From Rhina ancylostomus (lineage: Eukaryota), in assembly GCA_030265395.1 (NCBI GenBank), contig JARFYF010000002.1:69148620-69212545 (forward strand): 63,926 nt of DNA, in the 5' to 3' direction. A program made the translations under genes and the position numbers. Positions 1 through 12,225 of the stretch are shown piece by piece. Positions within the stretch are counted from its first letter, which is position 1. Each line of letters opens with the position of its first letter. A model generated the notes under the pieces. It saw only the letters and a list, made by a program, of their open reading frames with translations. It had not been told where the DNA came from and made no database searches.

Positions 1-80
1 AATGAATTGACCTGTATGATTGGTTTGTAAGACAAGCTTTTCACTGTACCTCAGTACAAGTGACAATAATAAACCAACAC
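1..80 (+). mobile_element. 3' tail of a non-LTR retroelement (Rex1/L2-type); related copies at ~22520-22625 (-) and ~57648-57860 (-)
   Basis: ...gcttttcactgtacctcagtacaagtgacaataataaaccaa; the reverse complement recurs at the other two sites. Confidence 0.6.
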
Positions 81-99
81 CAAATCATAACAGCAACAT

Positions 100-1350
100 A
101 GGTAGAAAGCGAGGGGAGGTCCTTCAGGCAGAGCTTAGGGATCTAGGAAAGATTTATAAAAAAAAACAGGATTTCAAGGGTGATTGCTGGATTACAATCA
201 GCAGATATTCGTGAGTACAGAAATATAACAAGTGAATACAAGTGAATGTGTAACTGGAGAAATAGTATAGGAGGGAAGGCTTTAGATTCTAGATGAATAG
301 GGACTGCTTTTGGGCTTGATGGGTTGCATTTTAACAGGAATGGGACCAATATCTTCATGGGCAAGATGGGTTTAAGCTAGTTTGGCAGTGGGGTAGAAAC
401 CAGAGGGTTTAATCAGAAGGCAGAAAAGTCAAGTTGGAAACCGAAGGCTGGGTTCAAGTGAAAGCAAAGAAAGGGAATAATGAAAGGGAATAAATGGGTA
501 ACAACATCCAGAGTACATTAGGAAGGAGCAAGTATAAGAGTACAGCCGCAATAAGAGAGCAAGAAAAAAGCCTCAATTTCTAAACTTGGCAGTATTGTAA
601 GTGTGAAGAGGATAGTGAAAGATTGCAGCAGGGTATAAACAGGCTAATGGAATTTGCAAAAGTGTGGAATATAAAGTTTAGTGCGAAACAATGTGAGGAG
701 ATGCATTTTTGGGAGGAAGCAAATGAAGAGGCATGAGAGAATAAAGGACACCATTCCAAAGGATTGTAGGAGCAAGTGGACCTGGGGGCAGGTGTTGGTG
801 GGTATGTGTGTGCACATATCATTGAAAGTGACAGAACAGCTTGAAAGACACACACAGTTCTAAGGTACATCAACAAAAGGCACAGAATTCAAAAGCTAAC
901 ATGCCAGCAAGTTTTGTACTGGTCCAGCATCAACTGGATATGCTGTTTATTTCTGGTCACCACAGGATGCAAAGGCATTAGAGTGGGTACAGGAAAGATT
1001 TATGAGAATGGTTCCTGGAATGAGGGACTACGATTAAAAAGGGATAGAGAGGCTGGACTTTTCTTTGAAGAGAATGCAAAGGGAGATTTGATAGAAGTAT
1101 TTAAAATGATGAGGGTCTGGTCAGAGTTGATAGTGGAGGCTGTGTCCCTTGATGGATGAGTCAAGGACTAGACATGACCAGCATGAAGTAAAAGGGGAAG
1201 TGTTTGCTGTCACATTAGATGGTTTGAAAAAATTAACACCTTGAAGAATTATAGGTAATATGAGTATAAATTTTATGCAGTGTGTGGTTGGAATCTGGAA
1301 AGCATTGCCTCTGAATTGTTGAGGTAGGTTCTGCTGTAGCCTTCAAGGAA
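100..1350 (+). mobile_element. Decayed CR1 LINE (ORF1 esterase remnant + ORF2 C-terminal remnant)
   Basis: DGLHFNRNGTNIFMG (~318-362; CR1 ORF1 SGNH DGxH motif), then CEEDSERLQQGINRLMEFAKVWNIKF..KQCEEMHF and KGDLIEVFKMM (ORF2 C-terminus); many stops. Confidence 0.75.
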
Positions 1351-1364
1351 GCACTTGGATATGG

Positions 1365-1485
1365 TGCACATTGGCTGCACCATATCTGATACTACTTCTG
1401 TGACTAGGACTCAAAAGTATTCATTTGGCTGTAAAAAGTGTTGTTTCATGTGGTCACATCAGATAGATATTAATTCAAGTTTATT
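1365..1485 (+). mobile_element. Deu-domain SINE (SacSINE1/AmnSINE1-like) 3' fragment
   Basis: attggctgc...gtgact...caaaagtattcatttggctgtaaa resembles the Deu-SINE tail. Confidence 0.5.
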
Positions 1486-2275
1486 TTGATGATAACAGGG
1501 ATGGAATCACTTTAAATGTTCAAGGCTGTTTGCAGAATGATTGCATCCTCCTGATCAGATCCTTAGGTTGCGGTAGGTAGGTAACTGGGTGAAGAACCAT
1601 GAAAGAATAGGGCAAGGAATCTTCAGGCATTGTGAAATCATTTTTTGTTTAAAAATTGGGGGAAAGAACATAATTTTCTAAGAACAAAGTTCTGTAATGA
1701 CTTGAGGTAACTGAATAATTCAACAGATCAAAAAGTAAAATCTCTACAGATTTCTTGGCTTATGCCTTCTTCCAAGTCTATGCCCCAGCTCCAGTGTAGT
1801 TTATATTCTGTGTGTGTTTACAGAACTTTGTTCACTATNNNNNNNNNNNNNNNNNNNNNNNNNNNNNNNNNNNNNNNNNNNNNNNNNNNNNNNNNNNNNN
1901 NNNNNNNNNNNNNNNNNNNNNNNNNNNNNNNNNNNNNNTACAGAACTTTGTTCACTATACCCTACATACGGAATTCTTTCCTCCCAATCTATTAAAACAA
2001 TGATAATCACATCCATCCAATGCTGTTGATCACACTCTCATCCTTCTCAAAGTATCTGTATGGAGATTGTCAATTTTAATCAGAAATTTATATTTTGTTA
2101 ACCTGTGGTCATATCTTTCATATGGTTACAAACACTTAATCTAGATATATGACATTTATAGAACCAGATCAAAAATTAGACCACTATAGATTTTTTTTTT
2201 TAAAAATCTGAATTTTCCTCATAAGCAAATGAACTGCTCAGTAATTTTTCTACAAAAGCAATAATGGATGCGTAC

Positions 2276-2366
2276 CTGGCTGCCTGCTCTTCCACTTCTT
2301 TTTCACTTTCATCCAAACAGCTTTTCATTACCTTGTACCATTTTCTGAACTGAAAGTGTTTAATAC
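2276..2366 (-). CDS. TAF1B: TAF1B exon 12 (GIKHFQFRKWYKVMKSCLDESEKEVEEQAAR), 91 nt
   Basis: cttgttag| acceptor, CAG|gtacgc donor; conserved F.FRKWY..MK. Confidence 0.93.
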
Positions 2367-3761
2367 CTAACAAGAATGCAAGTCATGAAAGGAAAAAAAA
2401 AGCAGTTGAAGTGAAGATCCTGTCAGGATTGCCTGTTTATTTTCAACATTCTGATTTTATTTTTAAAATCACAAAATTAAATCACATATTTAAAATGCTT
2501 AACTTGTTGCTTAATTGTGGTATCATTTAAAAGATGTATTTGAGGCAGATTGGCACATTCACAGAAAGCATTTTTTCCTTCATCCTAATGTGTACCAGAT
2601 TATTATGAAAATTTGTATTTTGAAGGCAGAAGCCCCTTAATTTATTTCTGAACTGGTGGATCAGAATTATCACTTCACTTGTAGATGCATGTTAACACAT
2701 AATTATGCCACAGGGCTCAGTCCATATACTAAAGCTTTTGGGAGCTGACAAATCAAAGTAAACATTTTACAATTAAGTGATTCACAGCACTCCTCTCAAT
2801 AGTATTTGAGAAGAAAATAAAAGGCACTATTAATTTCTTTTTTGAAATGGAAACATAATTGCATTAAAAGGTCTAGGCAATAAAGGCAACAAGGCCTCTC
2901 CCAGACCACTGCAGTTCAGGTGACCACAAGAATCACAATCATTCACACAACTGAACTGGATCCAAGCTCATATTTAATGCAAATACACAGCTGCATTTTC
3001 CTACTGAGGCACATACTGTATCCTTCTTCATAACAAATGTTCAGCTGCAGCAGATATCACAAATATAGGAAGCTGGGAGAGATCTTGGAGGCTCATTCAG
3101 CACAATGTCTTTCATACATCAACTCACCCACTAACCACGGAGATAGTGGTTCTAATTAATAATATTGTTAATATACAAGGACCTTATAATATTTTACACC
3201 CAGCCACCAAGCCAAACTAATCTTAAGATGAGACATAGTGATTTAAGTGCTTTGTCACATAAATGAGAGAGGGGACAAGAAACATGTCTATCCTCTGCAA
3301 ACATTAGTAAAATTGTTTGATGCATAAATTTTATATATGAATAGCCTTTTTCCAAAAGTTAAATTAACAGAAAGCTCTAAATTTAAGAGCTAATAAAGGA
3401 AAACCACAGATTAGTTAGGATAGAGTCATGTTTGATTAATCTAAGTTTTATTTTGAAGAGATAGGCGAGGACAATGTAATTGTTATATGGGCTTTCAAAA
3501 AGCATTCCAAATGTGATTTGATGTCTAAAATAAGAACCATGGGTTAATATCAAAATGGGTACAAAACTGATTAAAGGACAGGAGTGAAGAATTGTTATGA
3601 ATGGCTGTTTACCCAAACTGGAGGAAGGCCTCCCAAAGTTCTGTATCAGGACTGCATTTTTTTTTGTGTATACATTAAAATCTTTAGCTCAGGGGTAAAG
3701 TTACAATGCCTAAACTTGTAAATGACAAAACAGTGCAGTGAATAAAATATATAACTGTAAT

Positions 3762-4415
3762 GGCACAAGAGACTTCCATTTAGCCCATCAAGTCCATGCC
3801 GACTCCTCGGAGAGCAACTCTCATTATCCTACTCTTCCCCCCACATCTCTGCAAATGATTCCCCCTCAAGTACCTACCCACTTTCCCTTTTGAAGGCATT
3901 GCATGATTTTCTTTTACCACCACCGTTACAGGTAGAGAATTCCAAATCCTAACTATTCACTTCCCCATTGCATTTTTGCCCAAAAAATTTAAGTGTCCCC
4001 AGTTCCTGATCCATTCACAAATAGGAATGGCTTCTAATTATCCTCTCAAAGCCAGTTAAGATCTTGTTCACCTCTGTTATTCTCCCCTTAACTTCCTTTG
4101 CTCCAAGGAGAATCCCAATTTCTCCAGTCTAACCTCACAGCTGAAATCCCTCATTCCTGGAACTATTTTAGTGAATCTTTTTCTGTATCCTCTCCATGAT
4201 CTTCTGAAGTATCTAAAGCATGGCATTCAAAATTAGAATAATAGACCAACTGTGACCCAACCAATGTCTTGTACAGATTCAACACAACTTCCTTGCTTTT
4301 GTGCTCTCTGCCCTATTTTATGGGCCCCAGGATCAAACTAACTACACTCTCATCTTGCCCTTCCACTTTCAAAGATTTACGTACATATACACACCCTGGT
4401 GCCTCTGTTCCTGTG
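3762..4415 (-). mobile_element. Decayed CR1 LINE 3' part
   Basis: ccatttagcccatcaagtccatgcc tail and ctccaaggagaa..tctccagtct..ctgaaatccctcattcctgg typical of the shark CR1 reverse strand. Confidence 0.65.
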
Positions 4416-5053
4416 CCATGTGGAAGGTGGTAATAGATTTCAAGAACACACAGCAAATAAAATTGAACTTAAAAAAATGCAGGAGAGCATATAAAAAATT
4501 TAGAACATTTCATCTATGAGGAAAACAGTTATATGGATTCAGAAGCTCGGGTTGTCCTTCCAGTAGAGGAGGCTAAGAAATTTATTTAGGAGATGTTGAG
4601 AACACAGAGCCAATTCACTGGGACCATACAGAAGCCTAGCATAAAAGGGCAGGTGTCCATCATATCACAAACTACCCATCAGGCAATTCCTGCCTCATCT
4701 GTAACAGACTTCAGTTCCCATATGGACCTCATTGATCACACCAGATGCCAAGGAACCAGAATGGAAGGAAGTCATCCTTTACCACGAGGGACCACCTACC
4801 AAGACAAAGTCTTCAAGAGAATTGGATAAATACAGAGCAAAAAGAACATGGAGAGAATATGACAAATGGAAGAAAAATAGTTTGCTCTGTGAAAGAGCCA
4901 ATCTATACTTGATGAGTTGCTTGGTCTTCCTCTATACTGTACAATTCAATGATCAGAATATAAAACCAAAAAGAAATGTATGGTATCTCACTCCTGATTG
5001 CCATAATACTGGAATGTAGAGTCACATATCTTACAACAAATAGCATAAAGTAC

Positions 5054-5100
5054 CTTCACAGTTTTGCTTGTTTATCTCATCTGCTCTGTTAGATAGCAAC
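5054..5100 (-). CDS. TAF1B: TAF1B exon 11 (LLSNRADEINKQNCE), 47 nt
   Basis: ttaacag| acceptor, AAG|gtactt donor; phase 2 to phase 1 bridges exons 10 and 12. Confidence 0.9.
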
Positions 5101-5191
5101 CTGTTAAATGGTACAAAATTAAAAAAACAATTTTTAAAATCAGACCTTTGCAACTTCGGCAATACTTTATAATAGACATCAAATGACTTAC

Positions 5192-5369
5192 CATTCATGC
5201 TTGTCATCAAGCACAAACAGGAGTTTCAGAGTAATCACAATCACTGCTACAGCCTGAACTTCATAATTGATTGTCCTTGCCCCGCTAGACAATGGGTGAA
5301 AGGTCAGATAATCCACATTGCCAATGCTCATTTTCTTCACCAATCTTTGTGTCCAAACATGCATGCTCT
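5192..5369 (-). CDS. TAF1B: TAF1B exon 10 (ESMHVWTQRLVKKMSIGNVDYLTFHP...YEVQAVAVIVITLKLLFVLDDKHEW), 178 nt
   Basis: aaaccag| acceptor, TG|gtaagt donor; conserved VQAVA.IV..LKLLF.LDD..EW. Confidence 0.95.
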
Positions 5370-7144
5370 CTGGTTTGAGATCACCAATTACAAAAAAGAA
5401 AAAGTTACTTTACCACAAAGTATTTCTTAAAGCTTTATAGGAAATTGTCCATATTTTCCCTTAGCCTACTAAAAAGCAGTTTGGGTTCTAATGCAAACAC
5501 CACCACCTCACTCATTACCCATCCCAGTTTAGTTGAATATTTATAAACAAACATTACATCTTAGCAAGATTTTCATCTTTAGGATAATATTGCCAGAGCA
5601 GCTAGATTAGTTAACAGTCTGTGATAGCCAGCCTTCTAGTATAAATGACTGAACAGTAGAGGACAAAACAACTAATGGTTGGTGTCAGCTAGTCTTTACT
5701 CTAACTGAAGGTAAAATAGTTTGGAGTAGGCAGGACTCGCTGCAAAGTTGGATTAATATCATGTTGGTGACTATTCTTGTAGTAATGATTTTGATCATCC
5801 AATGCTGTGAAAGACTAAAATTTATTCCCTTACATAATGATCACCCTGTGGGATGTTTTCTTGTGTATACAATGCACTATACAATATACTCCTGTAAGTG
5901 TTTGGCTGCTTATACAGACCTTAAATCAATAACATTTAGGATTTATTGGTATAACTATTAATCCATTTACACTGTTGAAATTACTTCCATTTTATACACA
6001 GCTTCAAGTAACAATGTTTTGTATTTTCAAAAGACTGGCTTTCACATCATTTGTAAAGTAATAAACATATATGAATGGAAATTAATACAGGGCCAAGCTC
6101 AGAGTTTAATATTATTTAAAACCTTTACCTCAACTACCTATCTGTTCAATACCCAAGAAGAAAATGGCCTCAATTTTATAGTTTTATTGATAATGAAATT
6201 ATCTGTGTCTACTGCCACTTCACCACAAAATGGCAGCAACTTCTGGAGTGTGCAGATTCACAGTCAAACATGGAAATTGAGAAGCTGCTCCTCCATAAGC
6301 AGCACTGTCTTGCAGCCTTCTACAGTTTATCATGAAAAATCAGTGACCAAAGAAATGAATGGGTTTAAGAGAAAATCATGCTATCACTTACCCTGAATGA
6401 GTTAGCTTCATTATACAAAGTGAATTTTTGAAATAGCATTGTCATAATTATTGCTTGACAAACTCTCAAACCTCCATATTACCAAATTTGTTTGCTTGTG
6501 GATTACAAGTCAGTTGAATAAACTTTAAAAATAATAGAAAAATACTCCATGTTTATGATGTTTCAAATATCACCCTCAATCTTATAGGAATGTGTCATTT
6601 TTATTAAATGCTCTGTAAAATTAAGACATTTAAAAAATTTCACTTTTTACTTATTGGTGTGTTGTTAAAAGTTTTCAAAAATGATTAGCTACATGATCTG
6701 ATGAACACCACTACTGGTAGACAATTGAACTGGTGCCTGACAGCAACTGACATCAGAAGGAGAAAGTTAAATGTCACAGGCGTAGCTAGATCTTAATGAG
6801 CAGCTTTCTTTAACATGTTGTTGCTTTCCCAACAAATGCAAAATCCAAGTCATAATATTGAGAAGGTAATTCAATAACCAAGTGTTTTAATTTTTTTGTT
6901 TAAAAAATACAACTGCACCCACTTTGAGACCAAAGCCAGAGGGATTCAGATTCTGTAGAGATGTGTAAAAAGACAAATATTGGTAAATTTTAAACAGTTG
7001 TTGTTTAACAGCTCTTAAACCTGCCAGCTAAAGAACTACATCCCAAACTGCAATCTCCCTAGAAAGAGCAAACAACCATTGTTAATCCATTATTTTGTAG
7101 AAGATTGTACATATTTATAAAAAAAGTGTTTAAGCAGGGCTTTT

Positions 7145-7450
7145 ATCCTATGATGTCCCTGTCAGCTGAAAATGAGCTGCCCAGTCTAATCCCCTTTAGC
7201 ATTTTGTCCATAGCATTGCAGGTCATCATGGCCCTTCCAGTACATATAAAATCAATGTACATTTTATATGCAATGAGGGTTTTATCCCTCTCCAATATTT
7301 TCAGGCCTAGAGTTCCAGATGATCTCTGGGTGAAAAGCAGTTTTCTCATCACTTCAAGTATCTCCCCTTGCTGACACCAATTCACCTTCAAATAGCTGTT
7401 TCTAGTTCAAGTCACTAAATAATTTCCCAGCCTTGTAAAAGTGCCTTGCC
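7145..7450 (-). mobile_element. CR1 LINE 3' fragment
   Basis: MRKLLFTQR...LKILERDKTLIAYKMYID, a decayed CR1 ORF2 C-terminal FFTQRVV motif. Confidence 0.6.
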
Positions 7451-8188
7451 CAACTGTAAAATCTTTACATTTATTCTACCTTCTGCATAACCATGTTAAA
7501 CTAAATTATGACTATCATACTCTTATTCTTTTCATTGCCCTGCTTTACTCCCTAGAAAAATTCCCCAACCCCCTCCCCATCGTTGTACTTGATACTTAAT
7601 AGACAAAAAAAAGTGCAACTTAGAAATTCTGCAGCCTCGTATGATTAGATCCTTATTAATGTTAATTGAAATACTTCACTTTTGTTGACTTGTTGGTTTG
7701 CATGTCAGAAATGTGCCTACAAATTTGTTCTTTTATCTACTTCAGACTGTAAGTCCAGAGCATATTTCCAAGATTTTCTTTATTGTTCTTTAGTCCAAAC
7801 CATAAAGTATTATTTGACCATCCTTCCAACACATCTTGCTTCAGCTGTAGCATTTAAAAAAAGAAACAATATTGTCTCCCCTCCTCTTTTATTCCTCTNN
7901 NNNNNNNNNNNNNNNNNNNNNNNNNNNNNNNNNNNNNNNNNNNNNNNNNNNNNNNNNNNNNNNNNNNNNNNNNNNNNNNNNNNNNNNNNNNNNNNNNNAT
8001 TCCTCTCCCTATCTCACCTGAAAACCCTGAGAACAAAAATATTATTAGCATTCCTGTTATCTGGCAACCCCCCCCCCCCTCCCCGGCACATTTCAGCTAA
8101 AATAAGCTTCCAATTTAGATGGGGCAGAAGTAGCAACTTTCACTGATGTTCTTAGCTGTATTATTTTTTAGTACTTGTAATAGTTTAC

Positions 8189-8336
8189 CTGGCAAATTAG
8201 CTTCCAACAAATACTTAATACAGAGTAAATTTGGATGCAAGAAACATTTTTCAGTTATTTCAGGAAAACGAGGCATATCCAGAAACTTAGCAAGTTGGTG
8301 CATTTTCCTTTGGATTTCATCATAGGATGGAATAGA
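8189..8336 (-). CDS. TAF1B: TAF1B exon 9 (SIPSYDEIQRKMHQLAKFLDMPRFPEITEKCFLHPNLLCIKYLLEANLP), 148 nt
   Basis: tttgttgcag| acceptor, CAG|gtaaac donor; conserved FLD.PRFP.ITE.C.LHPN.LC.KYL.E.NLP. Confidence 0.96.
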
Positions 8337-8944
8337 CTGCAACAAAAAAACAACACAAAAGCCTCTTAAATTACCATAACAGCAACATTGAAAAGCACTG
8401 AAGTTCCATAGAGGGGTGTAATGAACAATAAGACTTTTGTAGTTGGCAATATTAATTATAGTTGCTGCTAATTAATCCACACAAGATCACATGTAGATAA
8501 AGGAACTGGGAATCCAAAACAATGACAGAACCATACTCACAAGAAATTAGGTATTGAAAATAATCACATGGACTTAGTGAATCTCTTTTCAATCCTTCTA
8601 ATTTGTAAAATTTCTTTTTATTTCACCTCTGGAACCCTTCCATTCAAAACAGACAAGACGAAAGGCTTGCAAAGATGGGTGTGGTGGGAAATGGAAATTT
8701 CACTGTAATACACTGCTCTTCAGGTAAGTACCATGGGTATCAGGAGAAGCCATTCCTGATAACACTCTGGCTATGGCAAGTACAAAATTAGATAAATGTT
8801 ATCCCACCCAGCCATCTGATGATAGAGAGGCATTGTCGGAGGACAGTGTGGTTCACCCTGTCATTTAACTCCGTTGGACATTCCTGTGACATTTGCTGCT
8901 TGATCCTCATCATTCTCCAATAACAAAACATTTACAGTAAATGA

Positions 8945-9050
8945 AGATCAAAAATCCAAATGCCAAATATCTGATGAGTTCTGGACTTGAAACATTAACT
9001 GCTTCTCTTTTCACAGATGCTGCCCAACATGTGTTTCCAATGTTTTCCTT
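8945..9050 (+). mobile_element. Penelope-type element end (hammerhead-core remnant)
   Basis: CTGATGA-gttctggactt-GAAAC followed by the family tail tcacagatgctgcc, shared with 8 other sites in the window. Confidence 0.55.
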
Positions 9051-9989
9051 TTAATGCACATTTACAGGTTCTCTTCCATAGATTTTCACATCTCCAAAGC
9101 AATTCTAAAGAACCACACAACAATTCAACCAATGTCCAAATAAAATCACCAGACTTCCTCTGGAAGATCTTCAGATAAGGTGTCAGGACTAATATATCAT
9201 GGCATAAGTTAGCTCAAACAGCATCAAACAAAGAAGTGAACCATGGGATTGTGGACTCCTGGAACATCAATTACAAGGTCAGTTTTTAAAAGAGAATTTA
9301 TTATAAGTAAAGATAAACACAAAGACCACATTACAATTTATGAGTTGGGGATGGGGGAGAGAGGTTTCTATTTGCAGGTCTAGATATACAGGCAATAATT
9401 TTGAATTGCAATCTTCCATAGGGAAGAGGGTAATTAAGATGTCACATGTAGCCAAAGTGCATTCAAATTTGCTATTCAATTAACTTGCAGTTTAATTCAA
9501 AAGATGATTTGCAAAATGCTGCCTTCAAACAGGATGCACAATCTGCTGCACAACTACAGCTACTTCAAAAGAATGAATAATGTCCTCCCCCTCAATCAAG
9601 AAACTTCACCGATTTGCTTGCTGCTTGATAATCCACTTTTCAGCAAGAGCCATAGCCAGTCTAGCTCGAGTTAGAAAGTTCCAGCCCAATTCCAGAGGCT
9701 TGAATAGAAAAATATAGACCCACACTCCAGTATAGTACCAGAGGACAGCAAGAGCGTCAAATAAACTTTTAAAATATTGATATCTGGCTTTGCTGAGAAA
9801 TGGCTTCTTCATTGTGGAAACTGGTCCATGTTTTCCAGGATCTTGTGAATCTTTACTGTTGGGGGTAATATCATACAGTAGGGCAGGTAGATGCATCAAG
9901 CTTATAATGAGAAGCAGAGTAGTTAGTTGAAAATAGGGCTGATGAAAATCATTGTCTTCTTTTAGGCAGTCCCTTGGGATCAAGGATAA

Positions 9990-11780
9990 CTTGCATCCAG
10001 TGGAGGTAAGGACTCAGAGGTGGCTAATGAGGCCAAAGTTGGAACAATAGATTCTTCCACAGACGGGGCACGTGGTGGTTGGGTGGCTAGCTTTTGAGGT
10101 GGTCTTCCAATGCGTAGCAGAGATTCTCAACGCCATCTCAAATCCTCCTTCTCCACTTTGGCAATCATGGGCTAGGGATTCCCTGAAGTCAGTGGGGATT
10201 TTGTATGTTGAAGGCAGTTTCAGGCACATGCTTGAATTATTTTCTCCTGTTTGCCTGGTAATCTTGCCCCATGATCAGATTCAGAATAGATTGTTTATTT
10301 CGGGAGTCTAGTGTTGTACTTGGAAACGATGCAAATCGCCCAATATACCCACCTGAGAATAACTAGGGCCTCAAAGTTGGCCTGGGAGTGGACAGTGATG
10401 TTGATTCATACATTCCTCCAATGAATTAAGGATTTTGTAGACAACATTGGAGCTGTTTTGTTTTTAAGTGCCTTAAGATACTGCTGTCGATAGCCCAGGT
10501 CTCAGAATCATATAGAAGAGCAAGGGTCACTCTGCCTTGTTTGGCACCAGATCTCAATGATCATGGTCGTGTTATACATTCATTTGTTAATATCATGACT
10601 TGCATAACAGCATGGAAAAAAACCCAAGATGGAGATGAATTTCTGTGAACAGCCAAATTTAAGGAAGATGTTCACAGTCCATCTTGATTGATGGAGTCGA
10701 GGATGGTGCTGCCTGATGCATTTTTCTTCAAATTTGTTGCCAATGTGCCTCTGGATGGGTGGAATCCAGTGATTCAAGGAGCTGCTCTTCAACCACCAGG
10801 AGGAGCGATGGACAAGGAGCTAGCCATGACATTCCCTGTGTAGGACACCCATGGAACCCCCTGTAGTTAACACAGTCCCTTCTTACAGATGGTCACGATT
10901 ACAGCATCTCACAGATTCCCCAAAATACCTTCCATCTCCCGATGAGGTGAAGACGTAGCAGGTCTGTGAGGAGTCTTCACCAGCAAGTTTTAGCATTCCG
11001 GTGGGGATACCATCTACACCCAACGTCTTGTTATTTTTGAGCTTGGATATGGTCTTTTCAACTTGTTTTTTGTCAGGAGTGCTAGCCCAGACAAGCTGCT
11101 CAGGGACAGCAACATGGTTGAGGAGGTCTTTGAAGTTTTCCTTCCATCAATTGTCAACTTGCTTCACTATCTCTTAATTCTTTACTTCTCAGTGAGGTGG
11201 GGCCTTCAATAGTTTTTATAGTGTCGCACCACCCATAGGTCATGGCTGTCGACAATTTGCTTAGCTACTTGTGTTCTCTCCATCCTCTATCTGATCTTTT
11301 CCCTGGAAAGGCAGAGCTTCCAGTTCCGGTGCACTTTGTTTGTGGTTAATTAGCTCCTCCATCTCTTAGTCATTCTTATCCAATTACTCTTGGTTCTTCT
11401 TGTTAGAGAAACCAAGAGTCTGCTCACAGGTGCCAATTGCAGCAGACTTCAGTGCAGCTCAAACTGTGCACATTGTGATCCTATTGGCTGGGAACTGGTA
11501 GGTTGTTTGTGTAGCACTGTCTGAGAACAGCTAGCTTTGTGGGGTTCTTGAGAAATTCAAGATGGATCTTCAATCAGCAATGTTATTGTTGTATTGGTGG
11601 CTTGGGGCCAAATTGATGGAGACCATGGATTAGGTGGCAATTGGTCCATGTCATGGCATGGATGATATGCAAATTCTGCAGCCCCTTGCTTGGATGATAA
11701 AATAATCTGGCAGGTACCATTACTTGCAGAGGGTGTAGTGAAACAAGTAAATATATCACAATGGAGCATCAACCTGTTCT
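9990..11780 (-). mobile_element. Decayed RTE-clade LINE
   Basis: C-terminal CPVCGRIYCSNFGLISHL and ESLAHD motifs; WTVNIFLKFGCSQKFISIL RT-region remnant; related copy at 56860-57620. Confidence 0.75.
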
Positions 11781-11854
11781 AAGGCAATATTTATAACAGG
11801 TAAATCATAATCAGGAACAATGGCAGATTTCTTTCTCACTAACCTTAGTTAGAA

Positions 11855-12225
11855 AAATTAGATCTTATTGAAACATACAAAATCCTAAGGGGGCACGACA
11901 GGACAGATGTTAAGATGTTTTCACTAGTGATAGAATCTTGAACGCAGGAACATAGTTTCAAGATATGGGGTCAGTCACCTAAAACCGATGTACAGAAGAA
12001 ATTTCTACTTGCAGAGAGTGGTGAATCTCTGGAATTCTGTCCCGGAGCATTAGAAGTATTTATAGGGCAGGTTGGTACATTTTTGAAAGATCAGGGGATC
12101 AAGTGCTATAGTGATCTGCACAGAGGAGTTGAGGCCTATGGTAGATTAGCCATGATTATATTGAATGGTGGGGGGGTCGAGTGGTTGAGTGGCCGACTCC
12201 TGCTCCAATTTTCTTGTGTTTTTGC
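11855..12225 (+). mobile_element. CR1 LINE 3' end
   Basis: gatcttattgaaacatacaaaatcc (DLIETYKI), gagagtggtgaatctctggaattc, and tail gccgactcctgctccaatt. Confidence 0.75.

Noticed and set aside
1819-1958. Direct repeat tacagaactttgttcactat on both sides of a 100-N gap
   Set aside because: Most likely an unmerged contig overlap (assembly artefact), not a TSD; a similar case occurs at the 7.9 kb gap
1-2275. TAF1B exon 13 (YLWK..KP-like)
   Set aside because: No matching exon found on the minus strand; presumably outside the window (or in the gap)
6019-6396. 125-aa plus-strand ORF (also 9606-9983 on the minus strand)
   Set aside because: No motif, codon-like composition or flanking splice structure; intronic AT-rich sequence
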